A DNA stretch of 62,995 nt from Candidatus Hydrogenedentota bacterium (GTDB lineage: Bacteria; Hydrogenedentota; Hydrogenedentia; Hydrogenedentales; CAITNO01). The position numbers and the translations under genes were made by a program. The notes beneath the pieces were generated by a model, which searched no databases, had not been told where the DNA came from, and was given only the letters and a program-made list of their open reading frames with translations. Below, piece by piece: positions 8,601 through 17,545 of the stretch; the stretch's first letter is position 1, and the number at the start of each line of letters is the position of its first letter. The DNA is taken from the NCBI GenBank assembly GCA_012523015.1, contig JAAYJI010000164.1, positions 1-62,995 of the forward strand, given 5' to 3'.

Positions 8601-8677
8601 TTACGGAAAGCGTTGCCGTGCGCGAATCACACCGTTGTTTGCGTTGTGATTATGGCAAAGACACGTGCGGTCAGTAA
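5618..8677 (+). CDS. hndC: Hydrogenase flavoprotein subunit: N-terminal thioredoxin-like [2Fe-2S] domain, NuoF/HndC core (FMN, NADH, [4Fe-4S]) and a fused C-terminal GltD/NfnB-like Fe-S/FAD/NAD(P)H oxidoreductase module
   Basis: NuoF motifs are present: GLRGRGGAGF, CNADEGDPGAFMDR and ESCGKCVPCRVG. From about aa 527 the GltD-type pattern begins with CPAGVCP...CMSACP...NPF.SVCARVC...CEDKC. Two dinucleotide folds follow: KIAIVGCGPAGLTCAYFL and KKVVVIGGGNAAIDAART. Total length is 1019 aa. Confidence 0.9.
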   Translation: MNTVHSHVLVCAGAGCVASGAYAVIEALEASMRKHGLNEEVNLVRTGCLGPCAIGPVAVVYPDGVFYQGIKPEDAEEIVTEHLLKGRTVDRLNFKVTATAQIIPALQEINFFQQQQKIVLRNCGVIDPTSIEEYIARDGYQALAKVLSEMKPEEVTDTVKKSGLRGRGGAGFLSGLKWEFTRKAPGDKKYVLCNADEGDPGAFMDRSVLEGDPHSVIEAMTIAGYAVGSDEGFVYVRAEYPLAVERLENALKQARELGLLGKNIMGSGFDFELEIRMGSGAFVCGEETALMRSIEGKRGEPRPRPPFPAVQGLWEKPSLLNNVETYANIPVIINKGADWFAGIGTETSKGTKVFALAGAVHNSGLVEVPIGTPLGEIIYDIGGGIPNDKKFKAAQIGGPSGGCIPREHLNVPIDYETLTELGAIMGSGGLIVMDEDTCMVDMARFFLDFVQEESCGKCVPCRVGTKRMLEIVSRICDGQGEEGDVEKLIALGEQIKDTALCGLGQTAPNPVLSTIRHFREEYDIHIREKRCPAGVCPALVRAPCMSACPANVYIPGFVSLVGEKRYAEALRVHRDSNPFASVCARVCFHTCEDKCRRANLDDPVAIRGIKRFMVEQEVTIQLPEMRENEANAKRKIAIVGCGPAGLTCAYFLARLGYQPKVFEAAPRPGGLLVQCIPAYRMPREELAREIRMIERMGVEIETNKALGKDFTLEDLRDQGYEAVFLGVGAPAGAKLRIANEDAEGVYDSMDFLREYNLRGSATVGKKVVVIGGGNAAIDAARTAVRLGAEAVTILYRRTRDEMPAYQEEIEEAENEGIILKTLVSPQEIVVENGKVAGVRCDHMWLGDFDRSGRRRPQIQENGESFIEAADQVIAAIGQSLDTQSVLGDMAVKLNLNGFVAADPLYGRTSVEWLFAGGDAADGPSSVAEAIGAGERAAVGIDCFLTGEEHAFWREAYEVDAEFDPDADPTDAPRAKMKLIPRERRIHNFNEVEMAFTESVAVRESHRCLRCDYGKDTCGQ

Positions 8678-8715
8678 TTCCCTACAAGGCAAACTTTCAA
8701 TAAGGAGATGATCTC

Positions 8716-10488
8716 ATGCCAACATTGACAATAGACAACGTAAGCGTTGACGTGCCTCAGGATACTACAGTGCTGAAAGCCGCGCGGCAAGCGGGTATTA
8801 AAATTCCAACCTTATGTTATCTTGAAGACGTTCAGGCGATTGGCGCCTGCCGTGTATGTATGGTTGAAGTGGAAGGCGCACGCACACTCATGGCGGCCTG
8901 TGTGACACCCGTCACCGAAGGCATGAAAGTGCGCACCAACAGTAAGAAAGCAAGAGAAGCACGGCGCACCGTCGTCGAACTGCTTTTGTCTGATCACTGT
9001 GGTGATTGCCAGACCTGCAACCGCAACGATGACTGCGAATTGCAAGAACTTGCCCATGATTTGGGCATTACCGAAATCACCTATCCCGGCGAAAAGAGCG
9101 AAGTACATATTGATGACAGTACGCCTGCGCTCATCCGCGATACGGGTAAATGTGTTTTGTGCAGACGTTGTGTCACGGTGTATAATGACACCCAATGCGT
9201 TGGCGGTATTTTCCCTCAAGGTCGTGGTTTCGCCACCGTCGTGGGACCGGCATTCTCCCAAGATCTTGATGATGTGGTCTGCGTGCAATGCGGTCAATGT
9301 GCCGCCGTGTGTCCTGTAGGTGCTATCATTGAACGGGATCAGGTCAAGGAAGTATGGGACGCGCTTGACGATCCTACCAAGACTGTGGTCGTGCAGACGG
9401 CTCCCGCCATTCGCGCTGCCCTCGGAGAGTGCTTTGGCCTCGAACCGGGAACCCTTGTCACCGGCCGTATGGTCACTGCCTTGCGGCGTTTGGGCTTTCA
9501 TGCCGTCTTTGATACCAACTTTGCTGCTGACCTTACCATTATGGAGGAAGGTACCGAGTTGCTCACGAGGATGAAAAAAGCGTTGGTCGATAAAGAGCCT
9601 GTCGCACTGCCTATGTTTACGAGCTGTTCACCTGGATGGATTAAATTCCTCGAATATTTCTATCCTGATATGCTGGATAATCTGTCTACCTGCAAGTCGC
9701 CGCAACAGATGTTCGGTGCCGTTGCAAAAACCTACTATGCCCGAAAGATAGGCAAGAAACCGGAAGACATGATTGTCGTGTCTGTTATGCCCTGCACGGC
9801 GAAAAAATACGAAGCGCAACGTCCGGAAATGAATGACAGCGGCGTGCAGGACGTGGATTATGTCCTAACTACGCGTGAGCTGGGACGCATGATCCAGGAA
9901 GCAGGCATTGACTTTGTCAACCTTCCCGACAGCCCGCAGGATTCCCCCATCGGTATGAGTTCCGGTGCTGCCGATATCTTCGCCAATACAGGCGGCGTTA
10001 TGGAAGCGGCACTGCGTACGGCTTGGGAACTTGTGACCGGTCGTGAACTGCCTTTCGATAATCTGCACGTTGGCCCTGTCGAAGGACTGGAAGGCATCAA
10101 AGCGGCGGAAGTCACTTTTGAAGATTGTCTGCCTGAATGGTCGTTCCTCAATGGCGTGACGGCGAAAGTTGCTGTGGCTCACGGATTGGGCAATGCCCGG
10201 ACCCTGATTGAAAAGGTGCGCGCCGGTGAGGCCATGTATCACTTTATCGAAATCATGACCTGCCCCGGTGGTTGTATCGGCGGCGGCGGTCAGCCGCGCA
10301 TGACGACCAACGCCATTCGACGGAAACGTATTGAAGCCATATACAAGGAAGACGAAGGCAAAAAACTGCGCAAGTCCCATGAGAATCCGGAAATCACCCA
10401 GATTTATGAAGAGTTCCTCGGAACGCCTTTGGGTGAAATCTCGCACAAACTGCTTCACACCAAATACACGGCTCGTGAAAAGGTCTGA
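8716..10488 (+). CDS. hndD: [FeFe] hydrogenase catalytic subunit (HndD/HydA type with N-terminal [2Fe-2S], His-ligated and 2x[4Fe-4S] accessory domains)
   Basis: H-cluster motifs L2 VMPCTAKKYEAQR and L3 EIMTCPGGCIGGGGQP are canonical. L1 reads FTSCSPGW instead of TSCCPxW. The N-terminal plant-type ferredoxin motif is CYLEDVQAIGACRVCMVEV, and an HCGDCQTC motif is also present. Confidence 0.9.
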   Translation: MPTLTIDNVSVDVPQDTTVLKAARQAGIKIPTLCYLEDVQAIGACRVCMVEVEGARTLMAACVTPVTEGMKVRTNSKKAREARRTVVELLLSDHCGDCQTCNRNDDCELQELAHDLGITEITYPGEKSEVHIDDSTPALIRDTGKCVLCRRCVTVYNDTQCVGGIFPQGRGFATVVGPAFSQDLDDVVCVQCGQCAAVCPVGAIIERDQVKEVWDALDDPTKTVVVQTAPAIRAALGECFGLEPGTLVTGRMVTALRRLGFHAVFDTNFAADLTIMEEGTELLTRMKKALVDKEPVALPMFTSCSPGWIKFLEYFYPDMLDNLSTCKSPQQMFGAVAKTYYARKIGKKPEDMIVVSVMPCTAKKYEAQRPEMNDSGVQDVDYVLTTRELGRMIQEAGIDFVNLPDSPQDSPIGMSSGAADIFANTGGVMEAALRTAWELVTGRELPFDNLHVGPVEGLEGIKAAEVTFEDCLPEWSFLNGVTAKVAVAHGLGNARTLIEKVRAGEAMYHFIEIMTCPGGCIGGGGQPRMTTNAIRRKRIEAIYKEDEGKKLRKSHENPEITQIYEEFLGTPLGEISHKLLHTKYTAREKV

Positions 10489-10532
10489 GTGTAGAAGCTG
10501 CAAATGCTCTGATTCTTGTTGATGAAAGATTG

Positions 10533-10568
10533 CGGCAGTCGAAAGAATATTCGGCTGCCGTTTTTTTT
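10533..10568 (+). terminator. Rho-independent terminator of the hnd operon
   Basis: CGGCAGTCGAA-agaata-TTCGGCTGCCG followed by T8 (10561-10568), 45 nt after the hndD stop. Confidence 0.8.
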
Positions 10569-10595
10569 ATGCTTGTGTACGAGGAGACGGCGGAT

Positions 10596-11066
10596 TTAAC
10601 TGCCTATCTTGAACTTCTTGCTCATGACAATGGCATTTTCGTTGGTCTGTGCGTAATAGCCTTTGCGTACGCCTTCCCGAAAAAAGCCCAACCGTTCATA
10701 CAAAGTGATCGCAGTTTGGTTGCTTTCGCGCACCTCGAGCCGGGCGACGTGTGCCGACCGTTTCCGTGCCTCGTCGAGAAGATGATTCATTAATCGCATG
10801 CCAAATTGTCTGCCGCGCATCTCAAGAGTGATCGTGACCCGTGTAATATGTGCCTCATCGAAGAGCAGCCAAAATCCTCCGTAGCCGATCCGTTGATCGT
10901 TTTGGAAGACGACACAAAAATAACTGATTGGGCCGTCTATCTCCTGGCGAAACATGTTGTATGTCCACGGATCCGGATAAGAAGCGCCTTCCATAAGCAC
11001 CAAAAAAGGAATATCTTCCAGTTGCAGCGGTGAAAAGCGTAGTTCGGATATGTCCTTGCTTGGCAT
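10596..11066 (-). CDS. rimI: Ribosomal-protein-alanine N-acetyltransferase (GNAT)
   Basis: GNAT motif A is present: RGRQFGMRLMNHLLDEARKR. The size (156 aa) and the position immediately downstream of tsaB match the usual tsaB-rimI arrangement. Confidence 0.8.
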   Translation of the reverse strand: MPSKDISELRFSPLQLEDIPFLVLMEGASYPDPWTYNMFRQEIDGPISYFCVVFQNDQRIGYGGFWLLFDEAHITRVTITLEMRGRQFGMRLMNHLLDEARKRSAHVARLEVRESNQTAITLYERLGFFREGVRKGYYAQTNENAIVMSKKFKIGS

Positions 11067-11077
11067 GCTTAAATTCT

Positions 11078-11821
11078 CTATGGGGAGGTCTTCGATTGGA
11101 GGCTAGCGTCACGGGCTTGTTCCGCTTGTGAACGACGCAAATAGGTGGGGGCGGCCAAGGCGGGATCAGTCTCTACGCCCTGTTGAAGCAAGGCATAGGC
11201 TTCTGCTGCCACTGTATCCGCACGTGGAGTTGTGCTTTCCGGTGCAACTAAATGGGCGGAGGGCAACAAGTTTTTGATTTCGGAAGCGTAGCGTTCTGCG
11301 CCATCGCCGAAAAATAAAATGGGCCCCGGTTGTTCGCCAAGCTGCGTAATTAGCGCTTCAACAGAACAGGCTGCATCTGAAATTATTTTTTCCCGTGTCC
11401 CTGAAAAATAGCGGTATGCCGCAGCGAAGACTTCATTCATACGCGCATCAATTAAAGGAAGAGCGATACCGTCATAGAGCGGCACAAGCCGCGCCATGGC
11501 GTCTAAAGTGGGGACGGCTATTAAGGGCAGACGCAGCGCAAAGGCAAGCCCTTTCCATGTGGCAAGCCCCACGCGCAATCCGGTAAAGGAACCGGGTCCG
11601 GAAGCTACCGCCAGATAGCTTATATCGTCTAGGGTGCAAGACGCTGCTTCAAGCATTTGATGGGTACCCGATAACAGCCCTTCCGCATGGAGTCGATGCC
11701 GTTCCACACAATAGTTGGCGCGGAGGTGGACACGCTTTTCTTCTCCATTGAATGCGCATAAGGAAAGGGCACAGTAGGGTGTGCTCGTATCGCAGGCAAG
11801 TAATAGTTCGTGTTCACGCAT
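11078..11821 (-). CDS. tsaB: tRNA threonylcarbamoyladenosine (t6A) biosynthesis protein TsaB (YeaZ family)
   Basis: LLACDTSTPYCALSL...ASGPGSFTGLRVGLATWKGLAFAL, typical of TsaB. Adjacent to rimI. Confidence 0.85.
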   Translation of the reverse strand: MREHELLLACDTSTPYCALSLCAFNGEEKRVHLRANYCVERHRLHAEGLLSGTHQMLEAASCTLDDISYLAVASGPGSFTGLRVGLATWKGLAFALRLPLIAVPTLDAMARLVPLYDGIALPLIDARMNEVFAAAYRYFSGTREKIISDAACSVEALITQLGEQPGPILFFGDGAERYASEIKNLLPSAHLVAPESTTPRADTVAAEAYALLQQGVETDPALAAPTYLRRSQAEQARDASLQSKTSP

Positions 11822-11877
11822 GGGCTATTCTTCTGTAGGTGATGAACATGAAAATGAACAAGAGTTCATTAATCCCC

Positions 11878-12195
11878 TTATTTTTTACGCAATTTGGGGC
11901 GAACCACCACCGGTGCTTTAGCAACACGATTTATCATCTCTTTGCCTGGTTTAAATACGACATCGCGATAAGCAGGGACTTTCACCTTTTCGCGCGTGTG
12001 GATGTTGCGTCCTGTTCGCGGAGCGCGCTGTTTGGTTTTGAAAACACCAAAGTTTCGCATTTCCCAGTAGTCCCCTTCCACGAGACCATCACTGAGAACA
12101 GCGAGAATATTCTCAATTACTTTGACACTATCTTTGGTAGGAATATGGAGAGTTTGACTCATCTGATCCGCAATATCGCGTTTTGTCATCGTCAT
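11878..12195 (-). CDS. HU/IHF-family DNA-binding protein
   Basis: MTKRDIADQM...GDYWEMRNFGVFKTKQRAPRTGRNIHTREKVKVPAYRDVVFKPGKEM matches the HU/IHF beta-arm pattern (R.GRNP.T.E.i.i.a..v..FK.g). Confidence 0.85.
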   Translation of the reverse strand: MTMTKRDIADQMSQTLHIPTKDSVKVIENILAVLSDGLVEGDYWEMRNFGVFKTKQRAPRTGRNIHTREKVKVPAYRDVVFKPGKEMINRVAKAPVVVRPKLRKK

Positions 12196-12347
12196 GAAGC
12201 ATTTCCTTTATATCAACAATGGAGACAAGCTCCGGTCGGCGGCAAAAGATACATCTGATCTGCACACTATCTTATGGTACAGAAGGTTCCCTATCAAAAT
12301 AGTATGGCAAAATAAACCTTCTGTTGCAAATTCATCAGGATTCAATA

Positions 12348-13550
12348 TTAAACGGCGTCGAAATATTTTTCATAGGCATGGATAGGCAGGATATGCAACC
12401 GGCAAAGGAGTTTGAAAAAGAATCGAAACCGACGCAGCAGAAAATAGTAATTCGGGTAGTCCGTAAAAAATTTATTCGGTGCTTTTAAGATGGCGGCAAA
12501 CTCTTCTTCCGATAATTCCTGTTTTTCTAAGCAGCGCTTTACCAATACCTCGTTTTCGAACTCGGCCGGCGTATCAAAAATGGCTTGGGCTTCTTCGCGG
12601 GCGAGTACGCCGGAACGGATCTTTGCCGACAAGTCTACGATGCGCCAATCATAACCAAACTTTTTTAAGGCATAATAGTAAACCAAGGAAAACAGTTCAT
12701 TGTCCATATGATAGTCGCCCGTGTCTTCCCAGCCGAAGCGCTCTTTTAAAAAGTCATCTACCTGACTGCCCCTGTCATCATAATAGTTGGTAATATTCAC
12801 GACAGAAATACGTTTCATAAAAATCCAATAAAAGAAATGGTGGATGTCCGTATTTTGGAAATGCTTCAATTTCTTGGTGGCGAAACGGCGGATCAGGCTG
12901 CGTGTGTAACGGGCATCCATATAATTCCACTTCAGCGGTGTGATTCCTTCCTCACGAAAAGAATGACTGAGAAGAATGTAGCGGATTCCCCGTTCTGCGG
13001 CAGTACGGTATAAGGCGCTGGCGATGCCAATGTCATTGGTCAGATCAATATAAGGCACACAAGCACGAATGGTGCAGTTGGTCAATTCCCGTGAATCCTC
13101 CCAATCCATGGTGACCGTGTGTAACGCTACGTCTAAGGCTTTGCATAGCTGCTCCAAATTGGACTTTGCCGAATCTGAGTCCCAACCATTATCAAAATGG
13201 ACGGCTAACGGCCGGAGTCCCATCTTTTCTTTAGCGTAATAAAGGCAGTAGGAAGTATCCCTGCCGCCGCTCACACCGACGATACAATCATGAGCTTTGT
13301 TGCGCCCTGCTTTCCGTATTTTAGCAGCCATCCGATGGAGGATCCGTTCTCCTGTTTCACCGGTGGGGAAGCGTTCTTCCAAATGATCCTGCATGTGACA
13401 ATAATTACAGATGCCGTCTTCGTCAAGTCGGAACCCTGCGACATGGCTGTCGAATAAACAGCGCTTACATGATATTGTTTGGATTTGATTCATAAATGTC
13501 CTTAAAGTGCCGTGTCGGTATCTGCTCAATACTGGTGAGGGATTACACAT
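12348..13550 (-). CDS. N-acetyl sugar amidotransferase-like PP-loop ATPase (WbpG/PseA-like)
   Basis: N-terminal zinc-ribbon cysteines CKRCLFDS...CNYCH, and a PP-loop VGVSGGRDTSY (SGGxDS type). Confidence 0.7.
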   Translation of the reverse strand: MCNPSPVLSRYRHGTLRTFMNQIQTISCKRCLFDSHVAGFRLDEDGICNYCHMQDHLEERFPTGETGERILHRMAAKIRKAGRNKAHDCIVGVSGGRDTSYCLYYAKEKMGLRPLAVHFDNGWDSDSAKSNLEQLCKALDVALHTVTMDWEDSRELTNCTIRACVPYIDLTNDIGIASALYRTAAERGIRYILLSHSFREEGITPLKWNYMDARYTRSLIRRFATKKLKHFQNTDIHHFFYWIFMKRISVVNITNYYDDRGSQVDDFLKERFGWEDTGDYHMDNELFSLVYYYALKKFGYDWRIVDLSAKIRSGVLAREEAQAIFDTPAEFENEVLVKRCLEKQELSEEEFAAILKAPNKFFTDYPNYYFLLRRFRFFFKLLCRLHILPIHAYEKYFDAV

Positions 13551-13721
13551 CTAAGTACTCGTCACCAGCGTATGCGGGAGAGCGAAATTATTTTATCACT
13601 ACCGAAGGCTTTCATTCATGCTTTCCTCGGTAAAATAAATCCCGGCAGTCCGACCAAGAAATAGGAAGATGGCTTTTATCAGTTATGAATCTTCTCTTAG
13701 GCGGGAATGCCCGGTGTAGCT

Positions 13722-14861
13722 TTAGGGTCGTGTTTTGTCCTTTGGCAGGAGAAAACGAGCGAAGCGAATGGATTCATAAGGGTGTTTAAGACCGGCTTCA
13801 TAGAGGCATGCTATAGAACCGTCGGGCAGCACAGCAAGAGATGAATAGGCGCTTGGTCCTTCGTGAAGCATTTGTTCCCCATGCCAGTGTTCCCCTTCAT
13901 CATAGCTGACGCGTACGCATAGGTTGACTCGTTTCTCTTCACTGGCAGGATTGCTGAATACAAGACTTCCCGGAACTGTGTCAGTAGGTAGGCGATGCCT
14001 TATTAGAGAAGCCTGACAGACGGGCTCAATGAGAGCTGTATCAAATTGCTGATCATACCAAGTGCTGCCGCCGTCGTCACTGAAAGCGATTTGTCTACAC
14101 CGTTGTGTTCTATCATAATTGCGCATGTTGAGCATGAGTCTGCCATCGGCCAGCTCAACAACAGCGGATTCATTTACCTGATCCCTCGGGCTGCGCCCGC
14201 CCGATGTCCATGTATCACCGTGGTCATCGGAATAAATAACATGGGAAAAATAGCCCTTGGTCTTCGCTTCGATATGATCACAAGGAATGACCAAACGTCC
14301 CTTGTGAGCGCCTAACTGAAGTTGGATGCCGTTTCCGGGACCGGTAGCGTACCATGTCCACTTCTCTTTTTTAACAGAGGAAGTGATTTCCTGTGCAGGC
14401 TGCCACTGTCTGCCGTCATCGTTGGAGGAGCTCACGAAAACACGACGCGTATCGTTGCTGTTTTGGGCGATGATCTCTTTTTCCACATCGTCGCCGCGAT
14501 TCCACGTCATGAGAAGCCAAATAATGCCCGTGTCTTTATCTTCCACGACACAAGGGTTGCCGCTCGTATTACCGGGATCATCCCAGACTACTTGCGCATC
14601 ACTCCAGCTCTTACCTTGATCTTCAGAGCGCCGCAGTAAAATGGCAATATCGCCGCTGTCACCGGTTGAGAATTTTCTGCCTTCACAAAACGCAAGTATT
14701 GTTCCTTTAGCGGTAACCGCCAAGGCGGGAATACGGTAGCTGTGAAAGCCGCCCTCGCCCTGTTGAAATAAAGGAAGGGTTGAGTTGTCTGCGAAGAGGG
14801 GAAGCGTTGTCAACAGTGCAAAGATAGTTATGATGCCAAAGAGGAGGCGACTACGATTCAT
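13722..14861 (-). CDS. Secreted exo-alpha-sialidase (GH33-type, BNR/Asp-box)
   Basis: Signal peptide present. FHSYRIPAL supplies the (F/Y)RIP motif. Five Asp-boxes are present: [32 protein letters not shown] and SYDEGEHW. Confidence 0.9.
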   Translation of the reverse strand: MNRSRLLFGIITIFALLTTLPLFADNSTLPLFQQGEGGFHSYRIPALAVTAKGTILAFCEGRKFSTGDSGDIAILLRRSEDQGKSWSDAQVVWDDPGNTSGNPCVVEDKDTGIIWLLMTWNRGDDVEKEIIAQNSNDTRRVFVSSSNDDGRQWQPAQEITSSVKKEKWTWYATGPGNGIQLQLGAHKGRLVIPCDHIEAKTKGYFSHVIYSDDHGDTWTSGGRSPRDQVNESAVVELADGRLMLNMRNYDRTQRCRQIAFSDDGGSTWYDQQFDTALIEPVCQASLIRHRLPTDTVPGSLVFSNPASEEKRVNLCVRVSYDEGEHWHGEQMLHEGPSAYSSLAVLPDGSIACLYEAGLKHPYESIRFARFLLPKDKTRP

Positions 14862-17545
14862 AGCAATTCCTTTTCTTGCGCAGTGGCGGATATTGTTTCT
14901 TTCAAGGTATAGAGGGTAAGTCCGTCTATGGCGCGTTGATCGGTTCTAAAAAAGAGGCTCGCCATATATCCGGTTACAAAGCAGCATACAATGCCAAGGA
15001 AAGCATGAAGCAGCAAATGAACGGGCGTATACTGTTGAATGAAGAAGAGCCCGACCGCGCCAAGGATAGCGCCGATCATCGCGCCTTTTCCGTTGGCGCG
15101 ACGTGTGAAAATGCCGAGACAAAAAAGGCCGCACATGGCACCGCCGAAAAGTCCCAGGATTTTCATAAACTGATCCCAAAGCGACAAGATATTTGACGCT
15201 GCAAATAAAAGCGCCAAAAGCAGTCCTGCACACCCGAATACTACGGTAAAGATGCGTCCAAGTAAGAGATAGCCCCGCTCGGTTTTCACTAAGTTAAAGG
15301 GCCGTATAAAGTCTGTGGTGACAGCAGTAGACATGCTGTTGATACTGGTGGAAATGGTGGATTGAGCTGCGGCAAAGATCCCGGCGATGACGAGACCGGC
15401 AACACCGACAGGCAGTTCCTGTGAAATGAAAAGTGGAAAGATCGCATCCGTTTTAAAAGTGGGATCCAATCGGTCGGGAAAATTCACATAAAATACAAAG
15501 AGGGCAGTTCCGATACCGAAGAAGAGCAAGGTTGCCGGTATGATCACCAACGCATTTGTCCAGATCGCTCGTTTGGCCTGTTCTGTACCGGATACAGACA
15601 TATAGCGTTGTACCACCGCCATATCTGAGGCATAGGGTACCAAGCTTTGACCTAGACCGCCGAGCACAACAACCCAAAGCGCCGTGGTCGCGATGCTGTG
15701 GGAAGACCAATCTAGATTTACAAAATGAAATTTATCATGGAGCTGTGCTGTCTGCCAAAAGCCGGCAAACCCACCGTCAATTTGAAGAAAGATCAATACC
15801 AAGCTGAATAAGCCGCCTCCCAACAACACAAAACTCTGGAGTGTATCGGTCCAAACGACCGCTTCAAGTCCGCCTGTGGCGCAATAAAAAATACTCAGCA
15901 CGCCCATCAACAAAATGCTCTGCTCTTCGGACAAGGGCGTGATAGCCGCCAAAGCCAGTGCAGGCAAATACAGCACAATAGCCATGCGCCCGATCTGAAA
16001 GAGCGTAAAGGAGGCGCTGGCGAAAAGTCGGGTGATGCGATTAAACCTTTTCTCAAGGTATTCATAAGCGCTTGTCGCGTCAATGTTTCGGAAAAAAGGA
16101 AGGAAAAATAAAATGACCAAGGGCGCGACCGCCACGGCAGTCATGTTGACAAGAAAATATACCCAGTCTGTGGCGTAGCTTTTGGCGGGGATTGCCATGA
16201 ACGTGATGGAACTGAGCATGGTCGCGAAAATGCTCATACCCGCCACAAACCATGGAATGCGTTGTCCGCCCCGAAAAAAGTCATCGGTGTTTTTGTTTCT
16301 GGATGTAAAGACGAGACCAACCAATACCAAGGCGATAAGATAAATGCCTAACACGGTCGCATCGGGAAAACTGAAATGCTGCATGCTCGCCACAGGGCTG
16401 ACCGACCAAAGTTCCGGCGTTCGTACGCGGGGACGAATTTCGCCGCTCACCATAAGGATGGGATCATGGACGGGATCTTTCCCCCAACGTGTTGCCGTCG
16501 TGGTCACTTGATTGATGGGCGTTGCGCCCGCCTCTGCCCACGTGTCTGTGATGGTGTGATAGGCAAAGGCTTCTTTGGGGAAGCCTGGGTGGGCGTCTTT
16601 CAATATAGCTGCGTCATAAAAATGAGTTTCATCGGCGCCCGAGAGCACGAAGATGTGACTTTGCCCCACGTCCATGGCTGTGCCCGCCATCAGACAGCGC
16701 GGCGCATCAGCACGCTTTCGCCACGGGCTTATTGTAGGGTTCTTGGCTTCGAGCGTCGGATTGTATTCCCAAGTATCTTTCAGGAATAGGGTCTCACCCC
16801 GGTCCTTAGAAGAGCGGCCGCTGAAAATATAAACACAGTCTGTAGTGCCGTTGTTTTGAGCGGCGGCTATAGCGAATGCACGGGGCTGTCCCGGTAGGGC
16901 GGATAAAGTCTTCCATTGAGGATCAGGATCATCAAGATCAAGGCATAGAAAATCGGAACGGGCGCTCTCTAATGCTAAGGTCGTGGTGCCTCCTCCAAGA
17001 TAGGTACGGTTTCCTATTGCGGCAGCGCAGGCCGTCGTGCAGGGATAGGGTAATGAAGGCAAGGGCTCTTTTTCAACGATCCCGCCGCTACTGTTCCAAC
17101 GCAATAAAAAGACATCGTTGTAGCAGCGTTCAGCATCGTTTCCGCCGATGCAGACCACGCCGTTATCTATAGAAACGGAACTTCCATAGGCGATGGGTCG
17201 ATCTAATGTAAAATCACTGCGCCATTGAAATCGGGTTTCCCCTTCTTTTTCATCACGGAGCAACACGTGGATCGTATCATGAAAAGCTTTGTCGGATTCC
17301 CAGACGGGTTGTGAAAAATTGGCGCCGCCTGCCACAAGCAACGCATCTCCATGTACACCGACAAAAGCACCGGCAACGCCATCCGTATTAGGAAGATCGG
17401 GCAATTGTTCCCAGTGCAGCGACGCGGCGTTTACGGGAAGGGAGAAAAAAGAGCCTATCAGAAAACAGAAGAGGATCAGACAAGCGACGGCTGACGATTG
17501 ATAATTACGTTGTGATACAAACAAAGATTTGTTCTTCTCCCTCAT
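14858..17545 (-). CDS. Fusion protein: N-terminal NanM-like Kelch beta-propeller (N-acetylneuraminate mutarotase-like) plus C-terminal sodium:solute symporter (SSS family)
   Basis: The N-terminal part (about 390 aa) contains [34 protein letters not shown]. This closely resembles E. coli NanM/YjhT (..KLAPVSSPDGVAGGFAGISNDSLIFAGGAGF, recalled from memory). The C-terminal part (about 500 aa) has about 13 hydrophobic helices typical of SSS transporters. There is a 4-nt overlap with the sialidase gene start. Confidence 0.85.
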   Translation of the reverse strand: MREKNKSLFVSQRNYQSSAVACLILFCFLIGSFFSLPVNAASLHWEQLPDLPNTDGVAGAFVGVHGDALLVAGGANFSQPVWESDKAFHDTIHVLLRDEKEGETRFQWRSDFTLDRPIAYGSSVSIDNGVVCIGGNDAERCYNDVFLLRWNSSGGIVEKEPLPSLPYPCTTACAAAIGNRTYLGGGTTTLALESARSDFLCLDLDDPDPQWKTLSALPGQPRAFAIAAAQNNGTTDCVYIFSGRSSKDRGETLFLKDTWEYNPTLEAKNPTISPWRKRADAPRCLMAGTAMDVGQSHIFVLSGADETHFYDAAILKDAHPGFPKEAFAYHTITDTWAEAGATPINQVTTTATRWGKDPVHDPILMVSGEIRPRVRTPELWSVSPVASMQHFSFPDATVLGIYLIALVLVGLVFTSRNKNTDDFFRGGQRIPWFVAGMSIFATMLSSITFMAIPAKSYATDWVYFLVNMTAVAVAPLVILFFLPFFRNIDATSAYEYLEKRFNRITRLFASASFTLFQIGRMAIVLYLPALALAAITPLSEEQSILLMGVLSIFYCATGGLEAVVWTDTLQSFVLLGGGLFSLVLIFLQIDGGFAGFWQTAQLHDKFHFVNLDWSSHSIATTALWVVVLGGLGQSLVPYASDMAVVQRYMSVSGTEQAKRAIWTNALVIIPATLLFFGIGTALFVFYVNFPDRLDPTFKTDAIFPLFISQELPVGVAGLVIAGIFAAAQSTISTSINSMSTAVTTDFIRPFNLVKTERGYLLLGRIFTVVFGCAGLLLALLFAASNILSLWDQFMKILGLFGGAMCGLFCLGIFTRRANGKGAMIGAILGAVGLFFIQQYTPVHLLLHAFLGIVCCFVTGYMASLFFRTDQRAIDGLTLYTLKETISATAQEKELL

